Notes: generated by a model from the letters alone, not told the origin. A DNA stretch of 64,000 nt from Myxococcales bacterium (GCA_045863395.1 BTVJ01000012.1:64001-128000); one strand, 5' to 3'; positions 17,598 to 29,035 are shown, counted from the first letter of the stretch. Numbers and translations: made by a program.

Positions 17598-18236
17598 ATG
17601 ATCGATCTCCGCACATTCTCGTTCATCGACTCGCTGCAGCCGCAGCTCGCCTCGTTCATCGCGACCGTCGCGCGGGGGTTCCTGCCCCTGGAGGGCCAGG
17701 CGGCGCTGATCGTCGAGGTCGCCCCGGGCATGTCCATCAACGTGGTGACCGACACGGTGCTCAAGGCGACGACCGTCATCCCCGGCATGCAGATCGTCGA
17801 GCGCGCCTACGGGATGCTGGAGGTCCACGCCACGGACCAGGGCATGGTGCGCGAGGCCGGGGCCCGCATCCTCGACTACTTCGAGATTCAAGAGAACGCC
17901 CGGCTCCAGCCGCGCATCGTCTCGGCGCAGGTGATCACCGGCATCGAGAACTACCACACGATGCTGATCAACCGCATGAGGCACGGCAACGTGATCCTCA
18001 CCGGCCAGACCATGTACATCCTTGAGGTCCACCCCGCCGGCTACGCCGTCATCGCCGCCAACGAGGCCGAGAAGGCCGCGAAGATCGAGCTGCTGGAGAT
18101 GATCTCCTACGGCGCCTACGGGCGGCTGTGGCTCGGCGGCTACGAAGAGGACATCGCCCAGGCGGCCAACGCCATCGAGAAGGTCCTCGGCTCCATCGAA
18201 GGCCGCCCCAACAAGGGCGTCAGCTCCGCGTACTGA
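17598..18236 (+). CDS. Bacterial microcompartment shell protein, tandem permuted BMC-T(dp) (CcmP/CsoS1D, Haliangium BMC-T3-like)
   Basis: LRT..FIDSLQPQLA, EVAPG, QIVERAYG.LEVH..DQG.V, LINRMRHG, YILEVHPAGY...AANEAEKAA, GAYGRLWLGG. Confidence 0.9.
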   Translation: MIDLRTFSFIDSLQPQLASFIATVARGFLPLEGQAALIVEVAPGMSINVVTDTVLKATTVIPGMQIVERAYGMLEVHATDQGMVREAGARILDYFEIQENARLQPRIVSAQVITGIENYHTMLINRMRHGNVILTGQTMYILEVHPAGYAVIAANEAEKAAKIELLEMISYGAYGRLWLGGYEEDIAQAANAIEKVLGSIEGRPNKGVSSAY

Positions 18237-19523
18237 TCACCTCAGTAGCCTGGCCGCGACTCCCCGCGCCTCATCCCGGCGCTCCGGCTCCACATAGAGC
18301 CTCACGAGCACCGTCGGCTCCGCATAGCGACGGAACAGCGAGGTCGCGTCCTCCAGCGGGACGACGGCGGGCCCGAGCAGGGAGTCGTCGCGTCGCACCC
18401 AGATGCGCGGGCGGTCGCCAGCGGCGCCGAAGTACCGTGAGAGCACGCCCCGGGACGTGATCCACTCGGGGGCCATGCCGCGGGCACGCAGCGCCGCATC
18501 CAGCGCGTCACGGTGCGCCGCCTCGCCCGCCTCGTCCAGGTCCACCACCCGCTTGAGGGGGAGCTCCCGCTGGAGCACCCGCGCAGCCCAGCGGTCCCCA
18601 GCGTGCTCCCTGAGCAGCGCCCAGACCGAGGTGTCGTCGCAGCGCGCATAGGCGGCCGGATCCGCAGGGAACCGCGCGCCAGCGTCCAGGCCCGCGACGA
18701 ACCGCAGGAACATGCGGTCGTAGACGTTGGTCCGCGGGTGGAAGTAGACCATCACGAACATATGCAGCCGCGACAGCAGGAAGTCCTCGAAGGACAGGAG
18801 CGCCCGCTCCCGCAGCGCGAGCTCGGCTCGCCCCTCCGACAGGTGGTGGTCGAGGCCGCCGAGCAGCCAGTCCAGGTCGAAGCGCCCGTAGGGGACCCCG
18901 CTGAACGTGGAGTCGCGCAGCAGGTAGTCCATGCGGTCCACGTCCAGCTCGCTGGACACGAGCTGCCCGAGCAGAGGACGCCAGTCGGCGCCGCCGACGG
19001 CGTAGACCTGCGGATCCAGCGCCATGTGGCGGTCGATGAGGGCCGCGACGTGCCGCCGCTCGATGCCCTGGCCGGCAAACGTCGCGTCGATGGCGTCGCC
19101 CAGCTCGCCGTGCAGCAGCAGAAGGAGGGTCATGTCCTCGTGGCTGGCGTGGGAGCCGCTCCGCCCCTGCGCCACGTCCGCCGGCAGGGACTCCAGCGGC
19201 GGCAGCATGGCCTCCGCGGTGTGCGAGAGCGGCGGGTGCCCGACGTCGTGCAGCAGCGCGGCGAGGCGCACCGCCTGACGCAGCCGCGCCCGCTCGGCGC
19301 CGAGGTCCGCGCGCACGGTTGCGACGTCGAAGGCGCGCCCCGCGACGTGCATGGCCCCGAGGCCGTGCAGGTAGCGCGTATGGGTCGCCCCGGGGAAGGT
19401 CATCTCCCCGAAGCCGAGCTGCTTGACGTGGCGCAGGCGCTGGTACGCAGCGCAATCGACGACGCGCCGCTCACCCTCGGAGAGCTGGATGGGGCCGTGC
19501 ACCGGGTCTCGGATCTCAACCAT
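18237..19523 (-). CDS. HD-superfamily phosphohydrolase (COG1078, dNTP triphosphohydrolase-like)
   Basis: IRDPVHG, QRLR.VKQLG, PGATHTR..H.LG, LLHDVGH.PLSH, DVDRMDYLLRDS. Confidence 0.9.
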   Translation of the reverse strand: MVEIRDPVHGPIQLSEGERRVVDCAAYQRLRHVKQLGFGEMTFPGATHTRYLHGLGAMHVAGRAFDVATVRADLGAERARLRQAVRLAALLHDVGHPPLSHTAEAMLPPLESLPADVAQGRSGSHASHEDMTLLLLLHGELGDAIDATFAGQGIERRHVAALIDRHMALDPQVYAVGGADWRPLLGQLVSSELDVDRMDYLLRDSTFSGVPYGRFDLDWLLGGLDHHLSEGRAELALRERALLSFEDFLLSRLHMFVMVYFHPRTNVYDRMFLRFVAGLDAGARFPADPAAYARCDDTSVWALLREHAGDRWAARVLQRELPLKRVVDLDEAGEAAHRDALDAALRARGMAPEWITSRGVLSRYFGAAGDRPRIWVRRDDSLLGPAVVPLEDATSLFRRYAEPTVLVRLYVEPERRDEARGVAARLLR

Positions 19524-19570
19524 GGCGCGAGCCTACCCGAGCGCCGCCCTCAACGCCACCCCAACGGCGC

Positions 19571-19978
19571 TCAGACGACGACCAGATCCGCGTCGTCCCC
19601 CGCGCGCCGCAAGATGGTTGGCAGCCCCAGCACGTCGTCGACCACGGCCAGCACGTCAGCCAACGCGAGCCCCGCCAGCTCGACGGAGCCGCTGCACGCG
19701 TAGACTCGCGCCCCGAGCCCCCGAGCGTCCCGCAGGAGCCGCGTCGGCGGCGCCGGGTGCCGCTCGTGGCCCACGGTCAGCGCGGCGGCGACCTCCACGC
19801 CCAGCCCCTCCAGGGCAGGCTGGTCCGCCCGCCCCGTGACGAGGGCCCACAGCGCTCCCTGAAACAGAACGATGGTGGTTGGCCTGCCCATGGCCGCAGC
19901 GGTGGCCGCCAGGGCGAGCCCGTGGTGCAGCCGGTCCGTGCGGGGGTCGAGGAGCTGAATGACGAGGCTTCGTGCCAT
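19571..19978 (-). CDS. DsrE/DsrF/DrsH-like (putative sulfur-relay/peroxiredoxin) protein
   Basis: L.LAATAAAMG.....F and G.RVYACSGS with the conserved Cys; VDDV.G.PT. Confidence 0.75.
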   Translation of the reverse strand: MARSLVIQLLDPRTDRLHHGLALAATAAAMGRPTTIVLFQGALWALVTGRADQPALEGLGVEVAAALTVGHERHPAPPTRLLRDARGLGARVYACSGSVELAGLALADVLAVVDDVLGLPTILRRAGDDADLVVV

Positions 19979-19982
19979 CTGA

Positions 19983-20016
19983 AACGACAAAGCCCTCACC
20001 GCACGCGATGAGGGCC
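19983..20016 (-). terminator. Intrinsic terminator after tRNA-Cys
   Basis: Minus strand GGCCCTCATCGC-GT-GCGGTGAGGGCT hairpin followed by TTGTCGTTT. Confidence 0.6.
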
Positions 20017-20033
20017 TCTGTTCGGGGACTGTC

Positions 20034-20108
<75 letters not shown>

Positions 20109-20126
20109 ATCTCAAAGAGCACGGGG

Positions 20127-20155
20127 TTTATAGCTGCGCCGCGGCGCAGTGTCAA
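20127..20155 (-). promoter_or_regulatory. Near-consensus sigma70 promoter of tRNA-Cys
   Basis: TTGACA-17 nt-TATAAA. Confidence 0.8.
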
Positions 20156-20163
20156 TCCAAAAC

Positions 20164-20730
20164 CTAGAGAGAACACACCTCGACGCGCCACCGGGATGGG
20201 TCATCGTCGAGCCGCCTGAGCTGCAGCGGCACGGGCATCCGCCGGCTGCTGTGGATGAACAGCTTGCAGGTCGTATCCCGCGGCGAGACCACCGGCGGGC
20301 GACGGTCCGTGATCTGGAAGGTGTCACACCGGCCGCTCGCGTCCAGGTACTCGCGGTGGTTCTTGCGGAGCTGCTTCCACTGGAACGCGCGCAGCGAGCT
20401 CAGCGCCCGCGGGCCGTCCAAGGCGGCTGGGTGCATCAGCAGGGTGAAGCGCTCGAAGCCGGCCTCCGAGTCAGCCATGGCTGCCGCGGTGAACAGCTCG
20501 AAGAGCAGCTCCTCTGGGGTCGCCGGATCGATCACAGGGGCCGGCGCTGCCGTGGGCTCGCTGGTGCCGAGGTCCCGCGCCGGGACCGGCACGTCGGGCG
20601 CCGGGTCCGGCCGGTGTTCGGGACTCGCGGCGGCCGACCGAAGGGCCGCCACCTCGCCCCGCAACAGCCCCACCTCGACACTCAGTGCCTCGATGCGTGC
20701 CATCAGGTCTGCGTTGGTCGGTCTCGCCAC
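20164..20730 (-). CDS. Hypothetical protein (N-terminal coiled coil, Pro-rich linker, globular C-domain)
   Basis: GTG start 9 nt after the ctpA stop; GC3-biased codons; protein-like composition. Confidence 0.7.
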   Translation of the reverse strand: MARPTNADLMARIEALSVEVGLLRGEVAALRSAAASPEHRPDPAPDVPVPARDLGTSEPTAAPAPVIDPATPEELLFELFTAAAMADSEAGFERFTLLMHPAALDGPRALSSLRAFQWKQLRKNHREYLDASGRCDTFQITDRRPPVVSPRDTTCKLFIHSSRRMPVPLQLRRLDDDPSRWRVEVCSL

Positions 20731-20739
20731 CCAGGCCCT

Positions 20740-22728
20740 CTACTGCACGTCGGTGCCACCGGTAGGCGTGGCCTTGGCCTGCGCCTGGGCGTCGGCGAGG
20801 CACTCGATGTAGTCCGCTGCCTTGAGGAGCTGGTAGTCGAAGCGGAGCTGCGGGTTCGGGTCCGCCTGGTGGATCTGCTCCGCGTTGCCGCGCTTCTTCA
20901 CGCACTCGTCGAGCATCCCCATCATCTCCGCGTTCTCGGAGGTGTAGGGAGTGGGGATCGCCGACAGGTGGTTCGACAGGTTCTCCTCCCGGAAGCCGAG
21001 CGGCATGGGCTTGTCGATGTCCGGCGCCACCTCCACGTCTGGCGACACGCCGGTCACCTGGATGGTGCGGCCGCTCGGCGCGTAGTAGCGGGCCACGGTC
21101 AGCTTGATGTAGTAACCCCGCCCGATGTCGGGGTTGAACAGGGTCTGCACGCTGGCCTTGCCAAAGGACCGGTCACCGAGCACGAGTGCCCGCCGGTTGT
21201 CCTGGAGCGCGCTGGCGACGATCTCGCTCGCCGAGGCGCTGGAGTCGTTGGTCAGCACCACGAGCGGCATGGAGTAGGTCTCCGTCGCGGACGACCTGTA
21301 GAGCTTCTCTTTGCCCGTGTCACGCTTCGTCCGATCCTTGACGGACACGATCTTGGAGCCCGACGGCAGGAACAGCTCGGAGATGCTCACGGCCTGGTTG
21401 AGCAGCCCGCCGCTGTTGCCCCGCAGGTCGAAGACGAGCCCGCGCAGCTTGGAGCCCGCCGCCTCCTTCTGCAGCTTGTCGATGGCGCGCTGCAGCTCGG
21501 AGGTGGACGTCGGTACGAAGCCCGTCAGCTTCACGTAGCCGATGTCCTTGTGGTGCTTGATCATGTTGGCCGACACGTTCTTGATCTCGATGAACGACCG
21601 GGTGATGGGGATCTCGATGTCCTCGGGCTCGCCCATGCGGCGCAGCGTCAGCGTGACCACGGTCGCCTTCGGGCCCCGGATGCGCTTGACCACCTGCGGG
21701 AGCTGGAGCCCGTCGATGGACTTTCCGTCCACCTTCACGATCACGTCACCCGCCCGGACGCCGGCGGCGTGGGCAGGCTGCCCCTCGATGGGGCTCTCCA
21801 CGATGGTCTCGTCGTTGCGCTGCGTCAGGATGGCGCCGATGCCCTCGAAGCTGTTGTCCGTCGTGCGCTTCGTGGACTGGTCCCAGGCCTTGGAGCTCAC
21901 CACGGACGAGTGGGGATCCAGCGACGAGAGGTATCCGTTGGCGGCCGCGATCCAGAGGTCGCGATCCAGCGACGTGAGCCGGTCCGCCGCCTCCTTGTCC
22001 TTCTTGGCCTCCTTCTTGAGCTGCGTCTTGCCCAGCTCCCGCGCCTTCTCCATGCACAGATCGAAGTGCTCGGGCTTGTAGTCGATCTTGGACCACTCAC
22101 CCTCGAGGAGCTCCGTCCTCTTGCGCAGCTTGTCCCGTAGGTCCCGGATCTCGTCGTCGCTCAGCCGCTTGCGCTTCTCCTTCTCCTTCTTCTCGACCAG
22201 CTCCGCGGCGACGATGGGGAGGTCCTTGTAAGGCTTCAGCGTCTTGCCGCCCAGGCGCCCCTCCTCGTCGGGGTCGTCCTTGCGCGCCTCGTAGAAGGCT
22301 ACCGGCAGGAGCTGGTGGGGCTGGTGCAGGCTCAGCATCGCGTAGTTGCAGGCCTCAGCGTAGGCGCGGCCATCCTTCGGGTGGTCGTCGATGTAGTGCT
22401 CGCGCACGAAGCGCCGCACCTCGTCGAAGTTCTCGCGGTCGAACCGGACCCCCTTCCAGAAGTTGCGGTCCTCCTCCTCCTCCTCCTCGTCGCCCTCCTG
22501 GGCCAGCGCCGGCGGGTCTTCGTTCGCGGGCTCGGCGGCGAGCTCTCCCGGCGCGTGGTCCAAGGGCACGCCCTCCGAGCCGGCGGCGGCGACGGTGCCA
22601 ACCTCGCTCGGGCGCCGCTCCGGCTCCGCGGGCGCGGGCGCCTCCGAGCGGCAGGCGCCGACGGCCAGGGACAGGAGCGCAGCGAGAGAGAGAGAGCGGG
22701 CAACGGTCGAAAGCAGAGAGTTCCGCAC
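20740..22728 (-). CDS. ctpA: Carboxyl-terminal processing protease (S41A), probable lipoprotein
   Basis: LDPHS, F.GIG, PDZ (PAH.AGVRAGD), DLRGNSGGLL, SASASEIVA..LQD, SFGKASVQ, RYYAPSGRTIQ. GTG start after GAGGTGG; signal ends VGAC. Confidence 0.92.
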   Translation of the reverse strand: MRNSLLSTVARSLSLAALLSLAVGACRSEAPAPAEPERRPSEVGTVAAAGSEGVPLDHAPGELAAEPANEDPPALAQEGDEEEEEEDRNFWKGVRFDRENFDEVRRFVREHYIDDHPKDGRAYAEACNYAMLSLHQPHQLLPVAFYEARKDDPDEEGRLGGKTLKPYKDLPIVAAELVEKKEKEKRKRLSDDEIRDLRDKLRKRTELLEGEWSKIDYKPEHFDLCMEKARELGKTQLKKEAKKDKEAADRLTSLDRDLWIAAANGYLSSLDPHSSVVSSKAWDQSTKRTTDNSFEGIGAILTQRNDETIVESPIEGQPAHAAGVRAGDVIVKVDGKSIDGLQLPQVVKRIRGPKATVVTLTLRRMGEPEDIEIPITRSFIEIKNVSANMIKHHKDIGYVKLTGFVPTSTSELQRAIDKLQKEAAGSKLRGLVFDLRGNSGGLLNQAVSISELFLPSGSKIVSVKDRTKRDTGKEKLYRSSATETYSMPLVVLTNDSSASASEIVASALQDNRRALVLGDRSFGKASVQTLFNPDIGRGYYIKLTVARYYAPSGRTIQVTGVSPDVEVAPDIDKPMPLGFREENLSNHLSAIPTPYTSENAEMMGMLDECVKKRGNAEQIHQADPNPQLRFDYQLLKAADYIECLADAQAQAKATPTGGTDVQ

Positions 22729-22780
22729 TGGGCCACCTCGATGATTGACACGATTCTGCGTGGAGGCGCGACTCCTCCGC

Positions 22781-22810
22781 ATCGTAACGGCAATGGCGCG
22801 CTGCCATCAA
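22781..22810 (-). promoter_or_regulatory. sigma70-type promoter of ctpA
   Basis: TTGATG-18 nt-TACGAT. Confidence 0.45.
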
Positions 22811-22958
22811 GGGGGCATCTTGCCCCGCCCCGGAGCGCCCTGGCCGACCCCGTGCGAACAACGACGCCCGAGGCCCCGTTTATTTCGGACGTTCTGCTTG
22901 CGGACATCTGTCGAATCGCGGACGGTACGGCCATGCCCCCGCGAGGCAGGGAGGTGCC

Positions 22959-24530
22959 ATGGACAAGCAGCGCTGGGACTTCGTGGTCGTCGGATCGGGC
23001 TTCGGCGGGAGCGTCAGCGCGCTTCGGCTGGCAGAGAAGGGCTGGCGCGTGCTGGTCCTGGAGAAGGGCCGGCGCTTCGCCCCAGGCGACTTCCCCGAGA
23101 CGAACTGGGACCTGCGCCGCTGGATGTGGGGCCCTCGCTTGGGCATGCAGGGCATCTTCCAGATGAGCTTCCTGCGCCACGTGACGGTGCTGCACGGCGT
23201 GGGGGTCGGCGGCGGCTCGCTGGTCTACGCCAACACCCTGCCCGTCCCCAAGGACCCCTTCTTCCGGGCCCCGTCGTGGGGCCACCTGGCCGACTGGAAG
23301 AGGGAGCTCGCCCCCTGCTACGCCACCGCGCGCCGGATGCTGGGCGCCACGCCCAACCCCCGCTGGACCCGGGGCGACCAGGTGCTCTCCGAGATCGCGA
23401 AGGAGATGGGGCGCTCGGAGCACCACCACCCGACGGACGTCGCCGTCTACTTCGGGGAGCCCGGCCGCTCGGTGACCGACCCGTACTTCGGCGGCGAGGG
23501 CCCGTCACGCACCGGGTGCACACACTGCGGCGCGTGCATGACCGGGTGCCGCGTGGGGGCCAAGAACACGCTGGACAGAAACTATCTGTGGCTGGCCGAG
23601 CGTCGCGGCGTCACCGTGGTGCCCGAGACGGAGGTCACCGCCCTGCGCCCGGGCAAAGACGGCTATCGTCTGGAGGTTCGTCCCTCCCTGCGTCCGGGCC
23701 GCGCACGCACCATCACCGCGGATCGGGTCGTGCTGGCTGGCGGCGTCATGGGCACGGTCCCCCTGCTCCTCGCCATGAAGGAGGACGGCCTCCCCGCCCT
23801 GTCCGACCGGGTCGGGGACTTCGTGCGGACCAACAGCGAGGCGCTCTTTGGCGTCGTGTCCGCCAACCCCGAAGACGACTTTACCGAGGGGGTGGCGATC
23901 ACGTCGATCCTGCACACGGACGAGCACAGCCACATCGAGCCCGTGCGGTATGCGGCGGGCTCCGGGTTCTTCCGCCTGCTGGTCGCGCCCCACGCCCCGG
24001 GCGAGACCGCGGCGGAGCGTCTCGCGGGCGCTCTACGAATGCTGGCCGCCGATCCCGCTACGTGGCTCCGCGCCATGACCGTGGCGGACTTCGCCAGGCA
24101 GAGTCAGGTGCTGCTCTACATGCGGACCCTGGAGGGGAGCCTGCGGCTGCGGCTCGGCCGGGGCCTCCACACGGGCCTGCGGAGGGGACTGGTCAGCGAG
24201 CTGGCCGACCCGGCCAATGCGCCGCGCGCGTTCATCCCCGAGGCGACGGACCTGGCGCGCCGCTTCGCCGACAAGGTCGGAGGCGTCCCCATGAACATGA
24301 TGACGGAGACACTGCTCGGCGTGCCCTCGACGGCGCACATCCTGGGCGGTGCCTGCATGGGGAGCGACCGGGACGAGGGCGTCATCGACCCGTGGCACCG
24401 GGTCCACGGCTATCCGGGCCTCTACGTGGTGGACGGGGCGGCCGTCTCGGCAAACCCGGGAGTCAACCCGTCACTGACCATCACGGCCCTGGCGGAGCGA
24501 GCCATGGCGGCCATCCCGGCGCGCGCCTGA
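22959..24530 (+). CDS. GMC oxidoreductase, cholesterol oxidase (ChoD)-like
   Basis: VVGSGFGGSV FAD motif, GVGGGSLVYAN, CTHCGACMTGC..GAKNTLD.NYL, TAHILGG, NPGVNPSLTITALAERAM. Confidence 0.9.
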   Translation: MDKQRWDFVVVGSGFGGSVSALRLAEKGWRVLVLEKGRRFAPGDFPETNWDLRRWMWGPRLGMQGIFQMSFLRHVTVLHGVGVGGGSLVYANTLPVPKDPFFRAPSWGHLADWKRELAPCYATARRMLGATPNPRWTRGDQVLSEIAKEMGRSEHHHPTDVAVYFGEPGRSVTDPYFGGEGPSRTGCTHCGACMTGCRVGAKNTLDRNYLWLAERRGVTVVPETEVTALRPGKDGYRLEVRPSLRPGRARTITADRVVLAGGVMGTVPLLLAMKEDGLPALSDRVGDFVRTNSEALFGVVSANPEDDFTEGVAITSILHTDEHSHIEPVRYAAGSGFFRLLVAPHAPGETAAERLAGALRMLAADPATWLRAMTVADFARQSQVLLYMRTLEGSLRLRLGRGLHTGLRRGLVSELADPANAPRAFIPEATDLARRFADKVGGVPMNMMTETLLGVPSTAHILGGACMGSDRDEGVIDPWHRVHGYPGLYVVDGAAVSANPGVNPSLTITALAERAMAAIPARA

Positions 24531-24545
24531 CCTTGAGTGCAGCGA

Positions 24546-25001
24546 TCAGGCGTGCCCGGTGTGACCGAAGCCGCCTGCGCCGCGTGAGGTGTCGTCCAGC
24601 TCCTCGACCAGCTCCACCTGCACGACGCCGTGGCGCGCCAGCACGAGCTGGGCGATGCGGTCGCCCCTCGCGATGGTGAACGGCTCGCGACCGAGGTTGA
24701 TGGCGATGACGGAGACCTCTCCCCGGTAGTCGCTGTCGATGGTCCCGGGGGTGTTCAGCAGGGTGACGCCGTGTCGCAGGGCGAGGCCGCTGCGGGGGCG
24801 CACCTGGGCCTCCCAACCGTGGGGAACGGCGATGGCGAGGCCGGTGGGGACCAGGGCCCGGTCGCCAGGCCCGAGGGTCAGGGGTGTCGTAACGGCGGCC
24901 CGCAGATCCATGCCCGCGGAGCCGCTCGTCTGGGGGGACGGCAGCGGCAGGTCCGCGTCTGCCTCGCGCACGCGGCGCACCCGAAGCAGGACGCGGTCCA
25001 T
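24546..25001 (-). CDS. dut: dUTP diphosphatase
   Basis: [41 protein letters not shown]. Confidence 0.96.
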   Translation of the reverse strand: MDRVLLRVRRVREADADLPLPSPQTSGSAGMDLRAAVTTPLTLGPGDRALVPTGLAIAVPHGWEAQVRPRSGLALRHGVTLLNTPGTIDSDYRGEVSVIAINLGREPFTIARGDRIAQLVLARHGVVQVELVEELDDTSRGAGGFGHTGHA

Positions 25002-25003
25002 CG

Positions 25004-27091
<2,088 letters not shown>

Positions 27092-27364
27092 GGGAATTTC
27101 CTCTGCCGTTCCTGGCATGGCCGAGGCCCCTTGCCCTCCCCACTCGGGAGGACGAGGCGCGCGCAGCGCTGGGGGGCACGGGTCATGCGCTCTATCGATG
27201 GCCCTGGGGAAGATCCGCCAGAGCCCGGGGGGAGGGAGCATCGGAAGCGGAAGGAGGTCGGTGCCATGAATGAAGCCGCGGAGGACACGCGCATCGTCGT
27301 GCGCCCCGCGCCTTCACTCATCGTAGCTCGTCCGGCCCCCCCGCCGCCGGGGGGCGCCCCCGCG

Positions 27365-27634
27365 CTACTTACGAATGCCGAGCTCGCGGATGACCGTGGC
27401 GTACCGGCTGACGTCCTTCGACTTCACATAGTCGAGCATGCGCCGCCGCTGGCCGACGAGCTTCAGCAGCCCGCGGCGGGAGTGGTGGTCCTTCTTGTGG
27501 GTCTTGAAGTGCTCGGTGAGGTAGTTGATCCGCTCCGTGAGAAGCGCGATCTGGACCTCGGGCGAGCCCGTGTCCCCCTCGTGCGCACGAAACTTCTCGA
27601 TGATCTCTTGCTTTCGGACCGTATGCAGGCCCAT
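27365..27634 (-). CDS. rpsO: 30S ribosomal protein S15
   Basis: [19 protein letters not shown]...[31 protein letters not shown]. Confidence 0.98.
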   Translation of the reverse strand: MGLHTVRKQEIIEKFRAHEGDTGSPEVQIALLTERINYLTEHFKTHKKDHHSRRGLLKLVGQRRRMLDYVKSKDVSRYATVIRELGIRK

Positions 27635-27704
27635 GGGTGCTCCTCCTGACGGGGGGTCGTGTTCAGGACCCCGATGCTGTTCCAATCCCAATTCGCGGGC
27701 CACA

Positions 27705-27733
27705 GTTATAGAGGCGAGCCCCGGTGGTGTCAA
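27705..27733 (-). promoter_or_regulatory. sigma70 promoter of rpsO-pnp-dut
   Basis: TTGACA-17 nt-TATAAC overlapping the truB stop. Confidence 0.75.
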
Positions 27734-28629
27734 CGCGAATCTCCGCCTGCCGCAGCGGAAAACCCTCGCACGACCTCGACCAGCCCGCCATGTACCCTAC
27801 CGACGGCTACGAGCCTCCCACACGGATCCAGGAGTCGAGTCGCCTCTGCGTCCGAGGTACCCGAGACAGCCACCCGCTGGCCCCACCCGACGCGCTGCGC
27901 CGTGTCCTCGTCCAGGTGGAGCGCCGGCAGGTGCGCCAGCGCCTCCTCGATGGGTACCAGCCGCCCCGCGACCTCACGCCCCTGGGACAAGACCTCCGTG
28001 AGGGAGACCGCGCCGGCGACCCGGAAGGCACCGCTCTCCGTGCGGCGCAGCGCAGCGAGGTGCGCCACCGTGCCCAGGGCGCGCCCCAGGTCCCGCGCGA
28101 GGCTGCGGATGTACGTGCCCTTGCCGCACCGCACGCGGAGCGACACGCGGCCAGGCTCAAAGCCCGTGACCGTGATGTGCTCCATGCGCACCCACCGCGA
28201 TGGCGCCTCTACGGCCACTCCGGCCCGGGCCAGCTCGTAGAGCCGCCTCCCGCCTTGGTGGATGGCGCTGTAGGCGGGCGGGACCTGCTCCACGAGACCG
28301 ACGAAGGCGCGGGCTGCCTCGATGGCGGCCTCCCGCGTGACGTGCGCGGCGTCCGCCTCGGCGACGACGACGCCCTCCGTGTCCAGGGTGTCCGTCTCCG
28401 AACCAAGCGCGACGACCGCCTCGTACTCCTTGTCCCCGTCCATGAGGAACGGCACAGCCTTGGTCGCCTCGCCGACGCACACGACGAGCAGGCCCGTCGC
28501 GAAGGGGTCGAGGGTCCCGGCGTGGCCGACCCGCCGGACGCCGAGCGCCCGCCGCACGGCCTGGACCACGTCGAAGGAGGTGACGCCCGGCGGCTTGTCC
28601 ACGGCGAGGACGCCGCCCAGCTCACCCAT
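27730..28629 (-). CDS. truB: tRNA pseudouridine(55) synthase
   Basis: [41 protein letters not shown]. Confidence 0.96.
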   Translation of the reverse strand: MGELGGVLAVDKPPGVTSFDVVQAVRRALGVRRVGHAGTLDPFATGLLVVCVGEATKAVPFLMDGDKEYEAVVALGSETDTLDTEGVVVAEADAAHVTREAAIEAARAFVGLVEQVPPAYSAIHQGGRRLYELARAGVAVEAPSRWVRMEHITVTGFEPGRVSLRVRCGKGTYIRSLARDLGRALGTVAHLAALRRTESGAFRVAGAVSLTEVLSQGREVAGRLVPIEEALAHLPALHLDEDTAQRVGWGQRVAVSGTSDAEATRLLDPCGRLVAVGRVHGGLVEVVRGFSAAAGGDSR

Positions 28630-29035
28630 CGGAGCCCGGGTCGTCCGCGTCGCCCTTGTCGTCAGCCCCCTCAACCCCGTCAGGCGGCTGCTCGTGCAGG
28701 GCGTGAATGATCTGATCGACGCGCCGCCCCTGCTCCACGCCCCGGTCCATGACGAACTGAAGGCGCGGACTGTACCGCAGCGCGAGCTGGTCCCCGACGT
28801 GGCCCCGAAGGAAGCCGGCGACGCTGGCCAGGCCCGCAGCGACGGCCTCCGGGTTGGCCCCCTCCATGGGGTACCAGGTGACGCGAGCCGTGCCCAGGTC
28901 CGACGAGACGTGCACGCCAGTGACGACAGCGCCACGGACCCGAGGGTCCTTCACGGTGCGCTGCAAGGCCTCGCTGACGACCTCGCGCAACAGGGGCGCG
29001 AGCCGCTCGGCCCGCGAGAAGGTCTTCTTCTGCAT
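28622..29035 (-). CDS. rbfA: Ribosome-binding factor A
   Basis: R.ER....R, KDPR, VT.V.VS.DL, GFLR, LRYSP.L.F..D; position after infB. Confidence 0.92.
   Translation of the reverse strand: MQKKTFSRAERLAPLLREVVSEALQRTVKDPRVRGAVVTGVHVSSDLGTARVTWYPMEGANPEAVAAGLASVAGFLRGHVGDQLALRYSPRLQFVMDRGVEQGRRVDQIIHALHEQPPDGVEGADDKGDADDPGSDG

Noticed and set aside
18237..19523. HD protein as an anti-phage dNTPase defence system
   Set aside because: Looks like the widespread COG1078 family in a housekeeping context with no defence neighbours; cannot be supported from sequence alone.
22468..22500. (TCC)n trinucleotide tract and nearby (AG)n run at 22685-22697
   Set aside because: These encode the poly-Glu linker and the signal peptide (SLSL) of CtpA; too short to argue for phase variation.
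23515..23555. CxxCGxCxxGC in the GMC oxidase as a novel Fe-S fusion
   Set aside because: The motif is a regular feature of ChoD-like GMC oxidoreductases.
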